From Candidatus Latescibacterota bacterium (GTDB lineage Bacteria; Latescibacterota; UBA2968; UBA8231), in NCBI GenBank assembly GCA_029941565.1, contig JAPYRN010000003.1, positions 107,358 to 171,357 on the forward strand: a stretch of DNA of 64,000 nucleotides, in the 5' to 3' direction. Below the pieces are notes generated by a model. The model was not told where the DNA came from, did not search any database, and was given only the letters and a program-made list of their open reading frames with translations. Shown here one piece after another: positions 39,534 through 49,957 of this stretch; within the stretch, counting starts at the first letter, position 1; every line of letters begins with the position of its first letter. Made by a program: the position numbers and the translations under genes.

Positions 39534-39971
39534 TCAGGCGGCCAATTCCAGCTCTTCGCCTTCCTCGAGTTCGGCTTCGGCATCGATATCAGCGTCAGCG
39601 ACGCCCTCGCCATTAACCACGTCCGAGAGGCGCTCCAGTACTTGCAGGTTGCGCGCTTGGACCTCGACGAGATAATGCGGGTTTTCGTCGTCGTCACGCC
39701 AACTTGCCGAGCGCAGACGGCCACTCAGAAATACCGGCGTGCCTTTCTTCAGCCGATCAGCAAGCCGCTCTGCGAGCTGGTTCCAGATGACGATGTTGAA
39801 GAACGAGGTTTCCTCCTGCCAGTCGTCATTGCGGTCTCGAAACGAACGATTCACGGCAATACGGCTCGTCAGGCGGGCGGTGCCGTGGTCGGTGATACGA
39901 AACTCGGGGTCCTGCACGAGCCGCCCAGCAAGGGCGACCTGGTTGATCGCCGGCATCCTGAGTTCAGACAT
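39534..39971 (-). CDS. ssb: Single-stranded DNA-binding protein (short form, acidic tail without DIPF)
   Basis: Track ORF 39534..40253. Start ATG 39971-39969 (MSELRMPAINQVALAGRLVQDPEF...) with GGAGGG about 8 nt upstream. OB-fold core; C-terminal tail ...DAEAELEEGEELELAA. Confidence 0.8.
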   Translation of the reverse strand: MSELRMPAINQVALAGRLVQDPEFRITDHGTARLTSRIAVNRSFRDRNDDWQEETSFFNIVIWNQLAERLADRLKKGTPVFLSGRLRSASWRDDDENPHYLVEVQARNLQVLERLSDVVNGEGVADADIDAEAELEEGEELELAA

Positions 39972-40183
39972 GTAGCCCTCCAATCGATTGGTGGATGGTG
40001 GAATGGATTCAGACGCCCGGAGAAGGCTCTGCCCCCGGGTCGTCGACATACTGCACCGCAGCACTCGTGCCAGACGACCATGGAAAGTAGGCAAAGCGTT
40101 TTTACACAACGGGTTAGGAATCATTTTGAAACCTTGTCCACAGTCGGGGATCCCCCGAATTGTGGGAGGCATAGGTAACGCCT

Positions 40184-41788
40184 GTGGGAGCGATCGCACA
40201 CAGCGGGCAGGTGATACCCGCCAAGCGCCCTCGTCGGCGTGGACACAGCGCACCCCATGGGCAGTTTTTCACCCTGTCCACCGTCGCCCGTTTTCTCTGG
40301 CAGGTCGTCGATCTGTTGGCGCCGTCAACACGCCGTCGAGTCATCGATCTGGCCGCAGGGGACGGTGTTTTGCTCGACGAGGGGTGTCGGGGAGGTTGGA
40401 CAACCCCCACCGATGCCTTCGGCCTGGAGATCGACCCTGAGGTGGTACGGGCCCGATCCGGGGGCGGTGGGGGACACATCGAGGCCGGGGATGGTCTGCT
40501 GGACTCCGGCGCACAGTTGCTGGACTGGCGCGCCGACGTCGTAGTCGGCAATCCACCCTTTGGACGTAGTCGAGATCTGCTCTCTGACGAACAGCGGCGA
40601 CGCCTGGAGACCGAAACGGGGGCGCCTGGCCTGATCTGGGGGCCGAAGGCTCGTGGCGATGACGGCACTTTCACCGCGCCGGCAGGCAGTTGTCGCGTGG
40701 AGGCGCTGTTTCTGGAGCGTGCCCTGGGGTTGCTCCGCGACGGGGGGCTCATCGCCTACATCCTGTCCGACGGTGTGCTCAGCAACCGGCGCGAGCAAGT
40801 CGCTCGTGACTGGTTGCAGCGACGGGGGCAGCTACTGGCGGCGATCGCCTTGCCCGCCAGTGCGTTCCGCCGTCCCGGCCTCAACGCGGTAGCCCATCTC
40901 GTCATTCTACGGCGCACATCAGCAATCGCCACCAGTGGCGGATCGCCTGCGGCTCTGCTGATGGAGCGACGGCACGCTGGTCGGGGCAAGCTGGCGCAGG
41001 TGCTGGATGACATGCTGTACGACTTGCGGAGAGCCCGTAGCGGGGCAGAGGTCGATGGTGCCGTCCAAGTTCCAGTCGGCGCGATGGCATCCTGCCGCTG
41101 GGATCCGGGGTACTGGGTCGGCCAACAGGCTCTCACCAGGATCTGGGGCGACAGGAGGGAGACGTGGGTCGAGCTTGGCGAATTCATCGAACTTCTCACC
41201 TACGGTCCAATCGTCACGGGCGGGCAACCGGTGAAGGCGGTGGACGGCATCCCGTCGATTCGACAGGGAGACTTCACCGAAACCGGCTTGCAGGCCTCCC
41301 GGTTCCTGCGAGTACCCGCAGGCTCTGCACATGATCCGCCCCGGAGTCGGGTCCGTGCTGGAGACCTGCTCTTGCCCCGTTCGGGGGGTGGCGCTCTGGG
41401 ACGCAATCGTATCGCCGTCTACGAAGAGGACGAGCCAGCGAACATCGGCTGCTTCGTCGATCTCATCCGTCTCCGCCCACGCCTCAATCCTTACTACGTC
41501 TGGGTCTTTCTCCGTTCTCGCCTGGGTTGGGGACAGATACGAAGCCTCATCAACGGTGTAGGTACACCCAACATCAGCTTCGTCGAGATCCGCTCACTCC
41601 GCGTGCCCCTGCTCGACTTGAAAGAACAGGCGACCTACGAGCATGAATATGTGGCGTGTGTGCGCCCATTTCACAGACGGTCCGATGAGGACTCAGATGC
41701 CTCGTCCACAGCACATGATCGCTTCCAGAAGATCGTGGGCAGACTCGATGAGCGTCTCATCGGGACGACGTCGCCGCCGCATGATTGA
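40184..41788 (+). CDS. Gamma-class N6-adenine DNA methyltransferase with C-terminal HsdS-like target-recognition domain (M.TaqI-like, no adjacent restriction gene)
   Basis: Motif X (HGQFFT), motif I (VIDLAAGDGVLL), motif IV (NPPFG), then a TRD-like C-terminal half of about 230 aa. Confidence 0.75.
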   Translation: MGAIAHSGQVIPAKRPRRRGHSAPHGQFFTLSTVARFLWQVVDLLAPSTRRRVIDLAAGDGVLLDEGCRGGWTTPTDAFGLEIDPEVVRARSGGGGGHIEAGDGLLDSGAQLLDWRADVVVGNPPFGRSRDLLSDEQRRRLETETGAPGLIWGPKARGDDGTFTAPAGSCRVEALFLERALGLLRDGGLIAYILSDGVLSNRREQVARDWLQRRGQLLAAIALPASAFRRPGLNAVAHLVILRRTSAIATSGGSPAALLMERRHAGRGKLAQVLDDMLYDLRRARSGAEVDGAVQVPVGAMASCRWDPGYWVGQQALTRIWGDRRETWVELGEFIELLTYGPIVTGGQPVKAVDGIPSIRQGDFTETGLQASRFLRVPAGSAHDPPRSRVRAGDLLLPRSGGGALGRNRIAVYEEDEPANIGCFVDLIRLRPRLNPYYVWVFLRSRLGWGQIRSLINGVGTPNISFVEIRSLRVPLLDLKEQATYEHEYVACVRPFHRRSDEDSDASSTAHDRFQKIVGRLDERLIGTTSPPHD

Positions 41789-43966
41789 TTGTCCAGCTAC
41801 GGGCGCATCGTTAGATTCAATCAGCAACCCGGCACCACCTCCTACACCTTCAAGCCATCTGGTCTGATGGGCGAATCCGTGTCGACTGCCTCTTTCACCA
41901 ACCGCCTCGCGCAGGAGACGAGTCCGTATCTGCAGCAGCATGCGCACAACCCGGTGGACTGGTATCCTTGGGGAGAGGAAGCGCTGGGGCGGGCGCGCCA
42001 GGAGGATCGCCCGATTCTGCTCTCCGTCGGGTACTCGGCGTGCCACTGGTGTCACGTAATGGAACGCGAGTCCTTCGAGAATCCACAGATCGCCGCCTCG
42101 ATGAATGAGCGCTTCGTCAATATCAAGGTGGACCGCGAGGAGCGACCGGATATCGACGAGATCTATATGACCGCTGTGCAGGCCATGACGGGACAGGGCG
42201 GTTGGCCGATGACGGTGTTTCTCACTCCCGATCTGCGGCCGTACTACGGTGGCACATACTACCCACCCGACGATCGGCATGGCCGCCCCGGATTCCCACG
42301 GGTCCTGCAGGCCGTCAGCGATCATTACACAGGGCAGCGGGATCGAGTCGAAGAGCAGGCGGAGAAGCTTCGCTCCTTTATCGAACGGAGTGCGGACCCC
42401 CTCGAAGGAGGCGACGGCCTTGACGGGGGTCGTGGGCACGACATTCTGCAAGCCGCCGCGCAGGCTCTGACGAGTCAGCACGATGAGCACAACGGCGGCT
42501 TTGGTCTCGAGGGGCCGAAATTCCCCAATAGTGCCGGTCTGTCCTTGCTGCTCAGACATTGCCACACGACGGGTGACGAGGCGGCGCTGCAGGTTGCACT
42601 ACACACCCTCACGCGCATGGCGGAAGGGGGGATCTACGATCAACTTGGGGGTGGCTTCCATCGCTACTCGGTAGACGAGCGTTGGTTGGTGCCGCATTTC
42701 GAGAAAATGCTATATGACAACGCCTTGCTCGTTCCCGTCTATGTCGATGCCTGGCAAGCGACGGATTCGCCGCTGTTTGCCCGTGTCGTGCGCGAAACCC
42801 TCGACTACGTCGTCCGTGAGATGACCCATCCGCAGGATGGTTACTGCGCCACGCAGGATGCTGATACCGAGGGAGAAGAGGGTAAGTTTTTCGTTTGGAC
42901 GCCTGAACAGGTCGAGGATGTTGTCGATGACGAGAAGACGGCCCGCATGTTCTGTGCGTACTACGATATCACGCCCCAAGGCAATTTTGAGGGCAATTCG
43001 ATCCTGCATATCGAAGCCGATGTTGATGAGCAGGCGCGGCTTCTCGGCGTCAGCGTCGAGAGTCTGGAGGCAGCGTTGGCCGATTGCAGGCGTCGCCTCT
43101 TTGAAGCGCGCGCCTGGCGGGTTGCCCCCGGTCGCGATGACAAGGTCGTGGTCGCATGGAATGGGTTGATGATCAGCGCCATGGCACGCGGCTACGAGGC
43201 CTTCGGAGAACAGGCCTGGCTCACTTCGGCGCGCAAGGCGGCACAATTTCTCCTCGACGAGGTGATCGTTACTAGAGAACTGCGCCACAGTTGGAAGGAT
43301 GGCAAGGCGCCGATCTACGCCTTCCAGGACGACTATGCCGCCTTGATCGGGGGCCTTGTCGATCTTTATGAGGCCTCTCTCGAGCCGTGCTGGTTGAGGG
43401 CAGCCGTGGAACTGGCGGACCAAATGATCGAGCGTTTTTGGGACGACACCGGGGAAGGGGGATTCTTCTACGCCGATGCTGGTCGGACCGACCTGCTGGT
43501 GCGGACCAAAAACCCCTTTGATGGCGCCACGCCTGCGGGCAACTCGATGGCGGCCCTCGCACTGTTGCGGTTGGCCGCTCTCACCGACGAAGTCCGTTTC
43601 AGCGACCACGCCGAAGCCACACTGCGGGCCTACACAAATTTGCTGGAGCGCGCGCCTACCGCCTGTTGTCTGATGATCTGTGCCCTGTCGCAGTCTCGCG
43701 CCGGTGCCCTCGAAGTTTCGATCATGGGTAGTGAGGACGGTCGACGACCATTTCTGCGCGCGGTACACGACAGCTACTTGCCGAATCGAGTGATTTCAGG
43801 AGGGGCTGGGGACGGCGAGGCAACCGACCTGTTGCCTTTGTTGCGCGAACGGCGTGCAGCCGGCGATGGTGGGGCACGTGCCTACGTCTGCCGTGATTCC
43901 ACGTGTTCGGCTCCTGTGGCCCAGGTATCGGAATTTGCGCAATTGCTGGTGCAGCATGGACCGTAA
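41789..43966 (+). CDS. yyaL: Thioredoxin-domain protein YyaL/DUF255 (thioredoxin fold plus six-hairpin alpha/alpha toroid)
   Basis: [22 protein letters not shown]...[10 protein letters not shown]... signature. An alternative start Met lies at 41867. Confidence 0.85.
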   Translation: MSSYGRIVRFNQQPGTTSYTFKPSGLMGESVSTASFTNRLAQETSPYLQQHAHNPVDWYPWGEEALGRARQEDRPILLSVGYSACHWCHVMERESFENPQIAASMNERFVNIKVDREERPDIDEIYMTAVQAMTGQGGWPMTVFLTPDLRPYYGGTYYPPDDRHGRPGFPRVLQAVSDHYTGQRDRVEEQAEKLRSFIERSADPLEGGDGLDGGRGHDILQAAAQALTSQHDEHNGGFGLEGPKFPNSAGLSLLLRHCHTTGDEAALQVALHTLTRMAEGGIYDQLGGGFHRYSVDERWLVPHFEKMLYDNALLVPVYVDAWQATDSPLFARVVRETLDYVVREMTHPQDGYCATQDADTEGEEGKFFVWTPEQVEDVVDDEKTARMFCAYYDITPQGNFEGNSILHIEADVDEQARLLGVSVESLEAALADCRRRLFEARAWRVAPGRDDKVVVAWNGLMISAMARGYEAFGEQAWLTSARKAAQFLLDEVIVTRELRHSWKDGKAPIYAFQDDYAALIGGLVDLYEASLEPCWLRAAVELADQMIERFWDDTGEGGFFYADAGRTDLLVRTKNPFDGATPAGNSMAALALLRLAALTDEVRFSDHAEATLRAYTNLLERAPTACCLMICALSQSRAGALEVSIMGSEDGRRPFLRAVHDSYLPNRVISGGAGDGEATDLLPLLRERRAAGDGGARAYVCRDSTCSAPVAQVSEFAQLLVQHGP

Positions 43967-44141
43967 AGCAACGGATACATCCCAACAGATCGATCCGGTA
44001 TTTCGCCGGCTCGTAGATGGTGGACTGCTGTACGATGCCGACCAGGCGTGCAGCCACCATCTCAATGAAACCGCTGCCGTCATCTGCGAGAGTTGGCGAA
44101 ACGGAATAGACGAACGCGTCCGTGGGGCGGAATCGAGATGA
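43956..44141 (+). CDS. PqqD-family small protein (RiPP recognition element-like), 61 aa
   Basis: [53 protein letters not shown] matches the PqqD/RRE pattern (aromatic-x-LNETAA-x-IWE). Its start overlaps the yyaL 3' end and its stop overlaps the next gene's start (ATGA). Confidence 0.5.
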   Translation: MDRKATDTSQQIDPVFRRLVDGGLLYDADQACSHHLNETAAVICESWRNGIDERVRGAESR

Positions 44142-45025
44142 TGACGACGGCAATTCAACAGGCTTTTGGTCTGCTTCGTCTCGGTACAGCAGATCCAGGT
44201 CCGAGGGTGGATATCACCGCCGCCGTACCCTCGGAAGGGTTGGAAGGGGTAGGTGTCGCCAATGCCCAACCCGGCGGCTCCGTGCCGGCGGCCTGGAAGC
44301 AGATGCACGCAGCGACGGCGGCGACGACGACGATTGCGCTGCAGGAACTGGCGGCGGCGTTGCGTGAACTTCACTCGCAGGGACTCGAAGTCCTGATGTT
44401 GCCGGGTGCGGCGTTGTTGCGGTTGTATCCGGATGGTGGCTGCCGTCCCATGGACGATGTCGATCTGTTATGCCCGCCGGATCATCTCGATGCGATAGCT
44501 CAGGCGCTTGTGGACTTTGGTTGGACGACGGTGCCCAGATATCCCGACCTGCTCAGTGGCCGGCACGTACACGTCGATCTACATGATGACCTGTTTCACT
44601 GTGGGCGCATCGAGGCGCGTCGCCAGGCGGGTTGGCTTGATCCGACCCAGGTGTGGTCGCGACGACGACGTATCGTGGTGGAGGGTATCGAGGTGTGGGG
44701 TCTGTGTGCGGCGGATGAGGTACTCTATACCGCCGCCCATGCTCTACGGCACAGTTATCGGCGTATCACCTGGCTGATCGATCTGGCGCTGCAACTGCGC
44801 GTTGAGGAATTGGACATACGCAGCCTGCGGTCTCGGGCCGAAGCCAGTGGCCTGGCTCGGTCCGTGCTCTTCGGGGTGAGTCTGTTGCATGCCGCCGGCG
44901 TGGATTTACCGGAGAGTGTCAGCGCGTGGTATCGCGAGTGTGCTCCGGGAAGGATGTCGGCGCGCCTTCTCCACTGGATTCTCGCGGCACGGCAGTCGAC
45001 CTCTGCCGGTGAAGTTCTCTGGTAA
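44138..45025 (+). CDS. Uncharacterised nucleotidyltransferase family protein (NTP_transf_5-like)
   Basis: Track ORF 44093..45025. Start ATG 44138 (MMTTAIQQ). The LEVLMLPGAALLRLYPDGGCRPMDDVDLL segment matches this family's conserved hG[GS]...DxDLL-type catalytic region. Confidence 0.6.
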   Translation: MMTTAIQQAFGLLRLGTADPGPRVDITAAVPSEGLEGVGVANAQPGGSVPAAWKQMHAATAATTTIALQELAAALRELHSQGLEVLMLPGAALLRLYPDGGCRPMDDVDLLCPPDHLDAIAQALVDFGWTTVPRYPDLLSGRHVHVDLHDDLFHCGRIEARRQAGWLDPTQVWSRRRRIVVEGIEVWGLCAADEVLYTAAHALRHSYRRITWLIDLALQLRVEELDIRSLRSRAEASGLARSVLFGVSLLHAAGVDLPESVSAWYRECAPGRMSARLLHWILAARQSTSAGEVLW

Positions 45026-45241
45026 TGGACCTGCCCATCACGGCGGGATCGCCTGCGGTTGATGACGGTTTTCGTCTTTCCTCGGCCCGATGTCTTGTTG
45101 CAGGTGTTTCCCAGGTGCCACGTCGCCTGGCACCCATCGCCTACGCACTGCGCTACGTCAACTCGTGATGTGCCTTGTTCGGGAGCTGGTGACGATGACG
45201 TTGATCCCGCTGACTCGAAAAGCGAGACGAGGATAAAGTCG

Positions 45242-46429
45242 ATGAGGAGCAACATCACATTCCGTCAGTCCCTCATGCTGGCGCTGTTATGTATTTCGAT
45301 CGCTGGCTGTGGATCGACGATGCCCGCCGTCACCGATCTCTCCGAGATCCAGGAGGCACCCACACGTGGACCCATTCCGATGGATCCGCTGCGTCAGGCG
45401 TACACCGAGCGGGGTGGGTTCCCTGAATACATCATCGGTGCCGGCGACAAGCTCAAGTTGACGATGCGAGAGATACAGCTCACCAGCGAGATTGTCGTCG
45501 TCCGCCCGGATGGCAATATCTCCTTCGCCATGCTGGAGGATGTTCAGGCTGCGGGGCGCACGCCGACCGAACTTGACGATGATGTGACCAATCGCCTCGC
45601 CCAGTTCCTGCGATTCCCAAAGGTGGATGTTGAGGTGGAGGCCTACCAGAGCAAGAAGGTCTCCCTCCTCGGTGCCATCAAGACGTTGACGCGTGGTTCT
45701 GGTTCTCGTTCGGAGCAGTCGGGGCAGTCGGGGCAGGGGCGGTACTCGTTGAGGGGCAAGACCACGCTTCTCGATCTGATCCTCGAAGCGGGCGGCACGA
45801 CGCCAGATGGACAACTGGAGAATGTTCAGTTGATCCGCGCAGACAAGTCGTTTCGACTCGATCTGCGCAAGGTTCTGACTTCCGGCGTGCAATCGGACAA
45901 TGCCATCCTGCAGGGCGAAGATATCATCATCGTTCCCGGCACGAGTCTGCGCTCCAAGAAGGTCATCATTCTGGGCGAGGTGTTTCAGCCGAATGTCTAC
46001 ATGTTCGCCGACGATGCGCGCTTGATGGAAGCACTGTCACAGGCGGGTGGTTTCAATGCAGAGGCGTTGCGTGATGACGTTCGTCTGATCCGTGTTGTCG
46101 AGGGTAGTGGTCAGATGTACTCCATCAATTTCGAGCGTCTTGCCAATCATGGTGACTTGCGGCAGAACGTGGCTTTGAAGAATGACGACATCATCTATGT
46201 CCCGAGGAGTTTCATCGGCGATGTCAACGATGTCATCAAGAAGATCCAACCGTTGCTCAACATTCTGCTGCTGCCGGCGACGTATCGCGATCTCTATTCG
46301 ACCGGAGGCGGCCTGCGAATCGACACCGGGGATCCGGCCAGTTCGTCAGCGAGTTTCACGCGGACTTTGCCAGGGACGGCGAAACCAGCCGGTGATGGCC
46401 GTGATGATGAGGATGCAAGTGATGAGTGA
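45242..46429 (+). CDS. Polysaccharide export lipoprotein (Wza/Poly_export plus SLBB domains)
   Basis: Track ORF 45059..46429. Start ATG 45242 gives a lipobox (LLCISIAGCGS). PES motif region (GAGDKLKLTMREIQLTSEIVVVRPDGNISF) and soluble-ligand-binding beta-grasp repeats. Confidence 0.75.
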   Translation: MRSNITFRQSLMLALLCISIAGCGSTMPAVTDLSEIQEAPTRGPIPMDPLRQAYTERGGFPEYIIGAGDKLKLTMREIQLTSEIVVVRPDGNISFAMLEDVQAAGRTPTELDDDVTNRLAQFLRFPKVDVEVEAYQSKKVSLLGAIKTLTRGSGSRSEQSGQSGQGRYSLRGKTTLLDLILEAGGTTPDGQLENVQLIRADKSFRLDLRKVLTSGVQSDNAILQGEDIIIVPGTSLRSKKVIILGEVFQPNVYMFADDARLMEALSQAGGFNAEALRDDVRLIRVVEGSGQMYSINFERLANHGDLRQNVALKNDDIIYVPRSFIGDVNDVIKKIQPLLNILLLPATYRDLYSTGGGLRIDTGDPASSSASFTRTLPGTAKPAGDGRDDEDASDE

Positions 46430-47394
46430 TGGCTGAGCGCCGGCCGCCCGCCGCTGTGGACTCCATTCTGGATACGGTGGGCGCCACGCCGCTGATCGAG
46501 ATCCGCCGGATGCCAGCGAAGGGCTCGGCACGAATCCTCGGCAAACTGGAAGCCCTCAACCCAGCAGGCAGCGTCAAGGATCGGATCGGCCTCAGTATGA
46601 TCCGCGCTGCCGAGGCTGATGGCCAGTTGTGCTCGGGCATGACGATCGTCGAACCCACCTCGGGGAACACGGGGATCGCGCTGGCCATGGTCGCCGCGGC
46701 GTTGGGATATGATCTGGTGTTGACGATGCCCGATCACATGAGCAGCGAGCGGATTGCCGTGATGGCCGCCTATGGTGCGCACATCGAGTTGACTCCTTCC
46801 ACCCAGGACATGCCGGGGGCCATCCGTCGTGCTGAGCAGATCGTTGCACAGGATCCTGATCAGTACTTCATGCCACAGCAGTTTCGCAATGCTGCCAATC
46901 CACAGATTCACCGGCAGAAAACGGCGCGTGAAATCGTCGCTGCCACGGCGGGCCGGATCGACGCCTTTGTTGCCGGTGTCGGGACGGGGGGCACGATTAC
47001 CGGTGTCGGCTCGGTGTTGAAGCAGGAACTGGCCAATGTCCGCATCGTCGCCGTGGAACCCTCGCGCTCTGCCGTACTCACAGGTGGGGTGGCCGCCGTG
47101 CACGGCATCCAGGGAATAGGCGCGGGTTTCGTACCTCAGGTCCTGGATCGCGACGTGATCGATGAGGTCATCACCATCGACGATGAGGACGCCTTCTGCT
47201 GCACGCGGGCGCTCGCACGTGAGGAGGGACTGCTGCTGGGTCCTTCCTCAGGCGCGAATGTGGCGGTGTCGATGCGCGTCGCTCAGGCTCTCGGCCCGGC
47301 AGCGACTGTGGTCACCATCCTCAGCGATACGGGCTTTCGTTATTTCAGCGTCGATGGTTTTATCGACGACGCACCCACGGGCACAGCTACCTGA
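46426..47394 (+). CDS. cysK: Cysteine synthase (O-acetylserine sulfhydrylase)
   Basis: PLIEIRRM...LEALNPAGSVKDRIG...TSGNTGIALA...GVGTGGTITG. Confidence 0.88.
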   Translation: MMAERRPPAAVDSILDTVGATPLIEIRRMPAKGSARILGKLEALNPAGSVKDRIGLSMIRAAEADGQLCSGMTIVEPTSGNTGIALAMVAAALGYDLVLTMPDHMSSERIAVMAAYGAHIELTPSTQDMPGAIRRAEQIVAQDPDQYFMPQQFRNAANPQIHRQKTAREIVAATAGRIDAFVAGVGTGGTITGVGSVLKQELANVRIVAVEPSRSAVLTGGVAAVHGIQGIGAGFVPQVLDRDVIDEVITIDDEDAFCCTRALAREEGLLLGPSSGANVAVSMRVAQALGPAATVVTILSDTGFRYFSVDGFIDDAPTGTAT

Positions 47395-49957
47395 GCAACA
47401 CGCCTTTGCGAATTTTGAGCACCGGCGACGTCGGTGAATCCCAGCGAACAACGAACAGATAGACACCACTGGCCACATCCAACGCGTCGTCGTCTCGTCC
47501 ATCCCAGGATAGTACATGATGACCTGCGGACCTGGCTGGCAGTTCGATTCGGCGCAGGCGCTGACCGAGGGCATCGTAGACCTCGAATGTCACCTCTCCA
47601 GCCGCAGGCAGATCAAGTGACAGATTTGTCTCTGGGTTGAATGGATTGGGGTAGAGCTCTGAAAGGGCATATGCCATGGGGGTCGCATCGGCGTTATCGA
47701 CGGCGGTGACCTGGGCGGCTGGTGCCTCGACAACGGAGATCCCACGTGGTCCCCCGGCGGCGGCAAAGGTTCCGAGACTCTGGCGTGTGACGGAATCGAA
47801 GATATAGATCTCATCCGATTCGGCGGTGGTAACAAAGAGTCGGTCACCGGTGGGTGAGAATGTCAGCCCTCGCGGGTTGGCGCCCACCTGGATGGTGTCG
47901 ATGACCTGTCGCGAATCCAGATCGATGACGACGACGACACCTTCGGTGTGAGCGGTGACATACGCGAACTCGTCCTGCGGGCCGATGGCGACGGCAAATG
48001 CACCGGACACAGGCAGGGGGATGGCGGCTTCGATCGAATTACGCTCTGTGTCGATGATCGTCAGATCACGGCCGTTGATGCTGGTAACATATAGGTGCGA
48101 ACCATCTGCGTTGGTCGCCAGAGATCGTGGACCACCACCGACGGGAATGCGGGCAACGACTTGTCCATCTTCAACGGCGACTACGGCGTTGGATCGCAGA
48201 TCGGTGACGTAGACCCGCCTGCCACTGGTGGCGATGCCATACGGTCCCTCCACGAGGGCACCGACGGAGACAGAACTCAGAACCCGCCGTGATTCCAGGT
48301 TGATGGCGGTCAACAGCGACGCGCCCGAATTCGTCACATATAGCGTGCCACCGTCGGGGGACAGGGCCATGTCGAGAGGCTGTGCGGCGACGGAGATGCG
48401 ATCGGCAATGCGGAATGTCGCCGTTTCGATGACGGTAATTTCACTGGACTCGAGATTGGAGACGTATAGGAACTGGCCGTCGGGGGAGTGGAGGATCTGA
48501 ATGGGATCGTCGCCGAGGTCGACACGAGCCACTTCAACATCGGCCCCCGTATCGAATACACCGAGCACGCCGGCGTCACGCAAGACGGTGAAAGCCAGAG
48601 GTGCGCCGGAAAGACCGATCACGTCAAACTCGAGCCACCGACCGCCGGCTGGAAAATCCACAGAGATGCCCGTGGCAGACGACGCCGTCAATCGATACCG
48701 CACATGGGTACCCACGTGCTGCCCTGGAATCTGAGATCGAAACATGCCACCTCCAAGGGCCTCTGCCGTGATAGCGGAGACCTGCCCATCGATCTCGATG
48801 ATGACCTCGACGCGGACCGCATTGACGACATCGAAGAAGGTTGTATACGGGCCGATGGCGTCAGGGGTATTCCCCGGGCCGTCTACGGAGCGTACGAATG
48901 GCACACCTGGGGTGATGAAACCTGTCGTGAAGTCGATGTTGGACGAACCGATACCGCTCGTGACCAAGACGGGTAGGGCCGTCGAAGCGATATCGGTATT
49001 GCCGAAATACTCCAACGGAAAGTCAACATCCAGGGTGGCGAAGAGGCTGGAGAAATTGCTCGCGTCGAGACCGCCACTCACCGGTTCGATGGCGACCCGA
49101 TAGAGGCCCGTCGGCAACCCGCGAAGTGCATACGCACCACGATCACGAACTCCCGTTTCGGCGCCACTCAGGGTGCTGTAGAGTTCACCGGAATCGAGAT
49201 CGAGGGCCGTCACGTGAGCGCCGAAGACCCCCCGGCCTCCCGGTTCTTCGATACGTCCCGTTATGGCACCCGACATGGAGGAGAAGGCGAATGTGGGATA
49301 GAGGACGCGAAGCCCTGTAATGTCATCGGCGGCTAGCGATGATGCCTCGCCGGGACCGTCACCGAAATAGAAGGGGTTCATCGTCGGTCGCTGTACCGGG
49401 TCACCGGCCAACGGTGTGTGATCGAGTCCGACGAAATGGCCGATCTCGTGTACGGCGACGTCCCGTAGCAGGATTCGCCCAGGCGTCGGTTCGGCGGCAA
49501 AGCGGAAATCGCGGCCATTGAAGATGATGTCCGCATCGAAGATCTGGCCTGTCTGCGCATCGGAGTTGATACGCGTCACGGCGATGATGCCGCTACCATC
49601 AGGGGCGCCGAGAGTCGCACCGGTCTCATCGAAGATCAGCAGGTTGCGTCGATCTCGGCGCGAGGCGTCGCGCCCCGATGACAGGCCCTCATCAATGAAG
49701 CGCAGACGCGACCCTTCCACGTTCTCCCACACGGTAAAACTCTGCCGAAGGATGGCTGCCGTCTGCGCCGCGCCAAGGTCCGCAGAGCCGGCGGCGTCGA
49801 TGCGGAAAGGAACGTCATCCTCACCCCAGGAGGCCATAACGATGGGGCCGTTGCCGGACTGCGTACTCTGCACGAGGAAAGCGCTGGCAGGTGTCGCGGC
49901 GCCGAGTGAGGCTGCCACAGGCAGCCACAGCAGCAAGCAACGAATGGCGCCGATCAT
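47387..49957 (-). CDS. Secreted metzincin-type zinc metalloprotease with YVTN beta-propeller repeats and a T9SS-type C-terminal sorting domain
   Basis: Signal peptide; HEIGHFVGLDH (HExxHxxGxxH); repeated ...LYVTN.../...VYVTD... units; C-terminal ~80 aa NPFNPETNLSLDLPAAGEVTFEVYDALGQRLRRIEL...VYLFVVRWDS...LKIRKGVLLR typical of Por/T9SS sorting tails. Confidence 0.75.
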   Translation of the reverse strand: MIGAIRCLLLWLPVAASLGAATPASAFLVQSTQSGNGPIVMASWGEDDVPFRIDAAGSADLGAAQTAAILRQSFTVWENVEGSRLRFIDEGLSSGRDASRRDRRNLLIFDETGATLGAPDGSGIIAVTRINSDAQTGQIFDADIIFNGRDFRFAAEPTPGRILLRDVAVHEIGHFVGLDHTPLAGDPVQRPTMNPFYFGDGPGEASSLAADDITGLRVLYPTFAFSSMSGAITGRIEEPGGRGVFGAHVTALDLDSGELYSTLSGAETGVRDRGAYALRGLPTGLYRVAIEPVSGGLDASNFSSLFATLDVDFPLEYFGNTDIASTALPVLVTSGIGSSNIDFTTGFITPGVPFVRSVDGPGNTPDAIGPYTTFFDVVNAVRVEVIIEIDGQVSAITAEALGGGMFRSQIPGQHVGTHVRYRLTASSATGISVDFPAGGRWLEFDVIGLSGAPLAFTVLRDAGVLGVFDTGADVEVARVDLGDDPIQILHSPDGQFLYVSNLESSEITVIETATFRIADRISVAAQPLDMALSPDGGTLYVTNSGASLLTAINLESRRVLSSVSVGALVEGPYGIATSGRRVYVTDLRSNAVVAVEDGQVVARIPVGGGPRSLATNADGSHLYVTSINGRDLTIIDTERNSIEAAIPLPVSGAFAVAIGPQDEFAYVTAHTEGVVVVIDLDSRQVIDTIQVGANPRGLTFSPTGDRLFVTTAESDEIYIFDSVTRQSLGTFAAAGGPRGISVVEAPAAQVTAVDNADATPMAYALSELYPNPFNPETNLSLDLPAAGEVTFEVYDALGQRLRRIELPARSAGHHVLSWDGRDDDALDVASGVYLFVVRWDSPTSPVLKIRKGVLLR

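Noticed and set aside
37900-41788. Genomic island integrated at tRNA-Ala (tRNA, ssb, orphan methyltransferase)
   Set aside because: No integrase, excisionase, direct repeat of the tRNA 3' end, transfer genes or compositional break were seen. The intervening thiolase and yyaL are ordinary chromosomal genes.
43956-45241. Lasso-peptide biosynthetic cluster (PqqD B1 plus nucleotidyltransferase plus small ORF as precursor)
   Set aside because: There is no Asn-synthetase-like cyclase (C) or transglutaminase-like protease (B2) within at least 5 kb either side. The 47-aa ORF lacks the conserved leader Thr(-2) context with adequate leader length. It is kept only as a low-confidence finding of an unusual RRE-containing module.
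45700-45730. Tandem nonamer CAGTCGGGG x2 inside the Wza-like gene
   Set aside because: It encodes a short SGQSGQG low-complexity linker. It is too short and isolated to be a meaningful repeat element.
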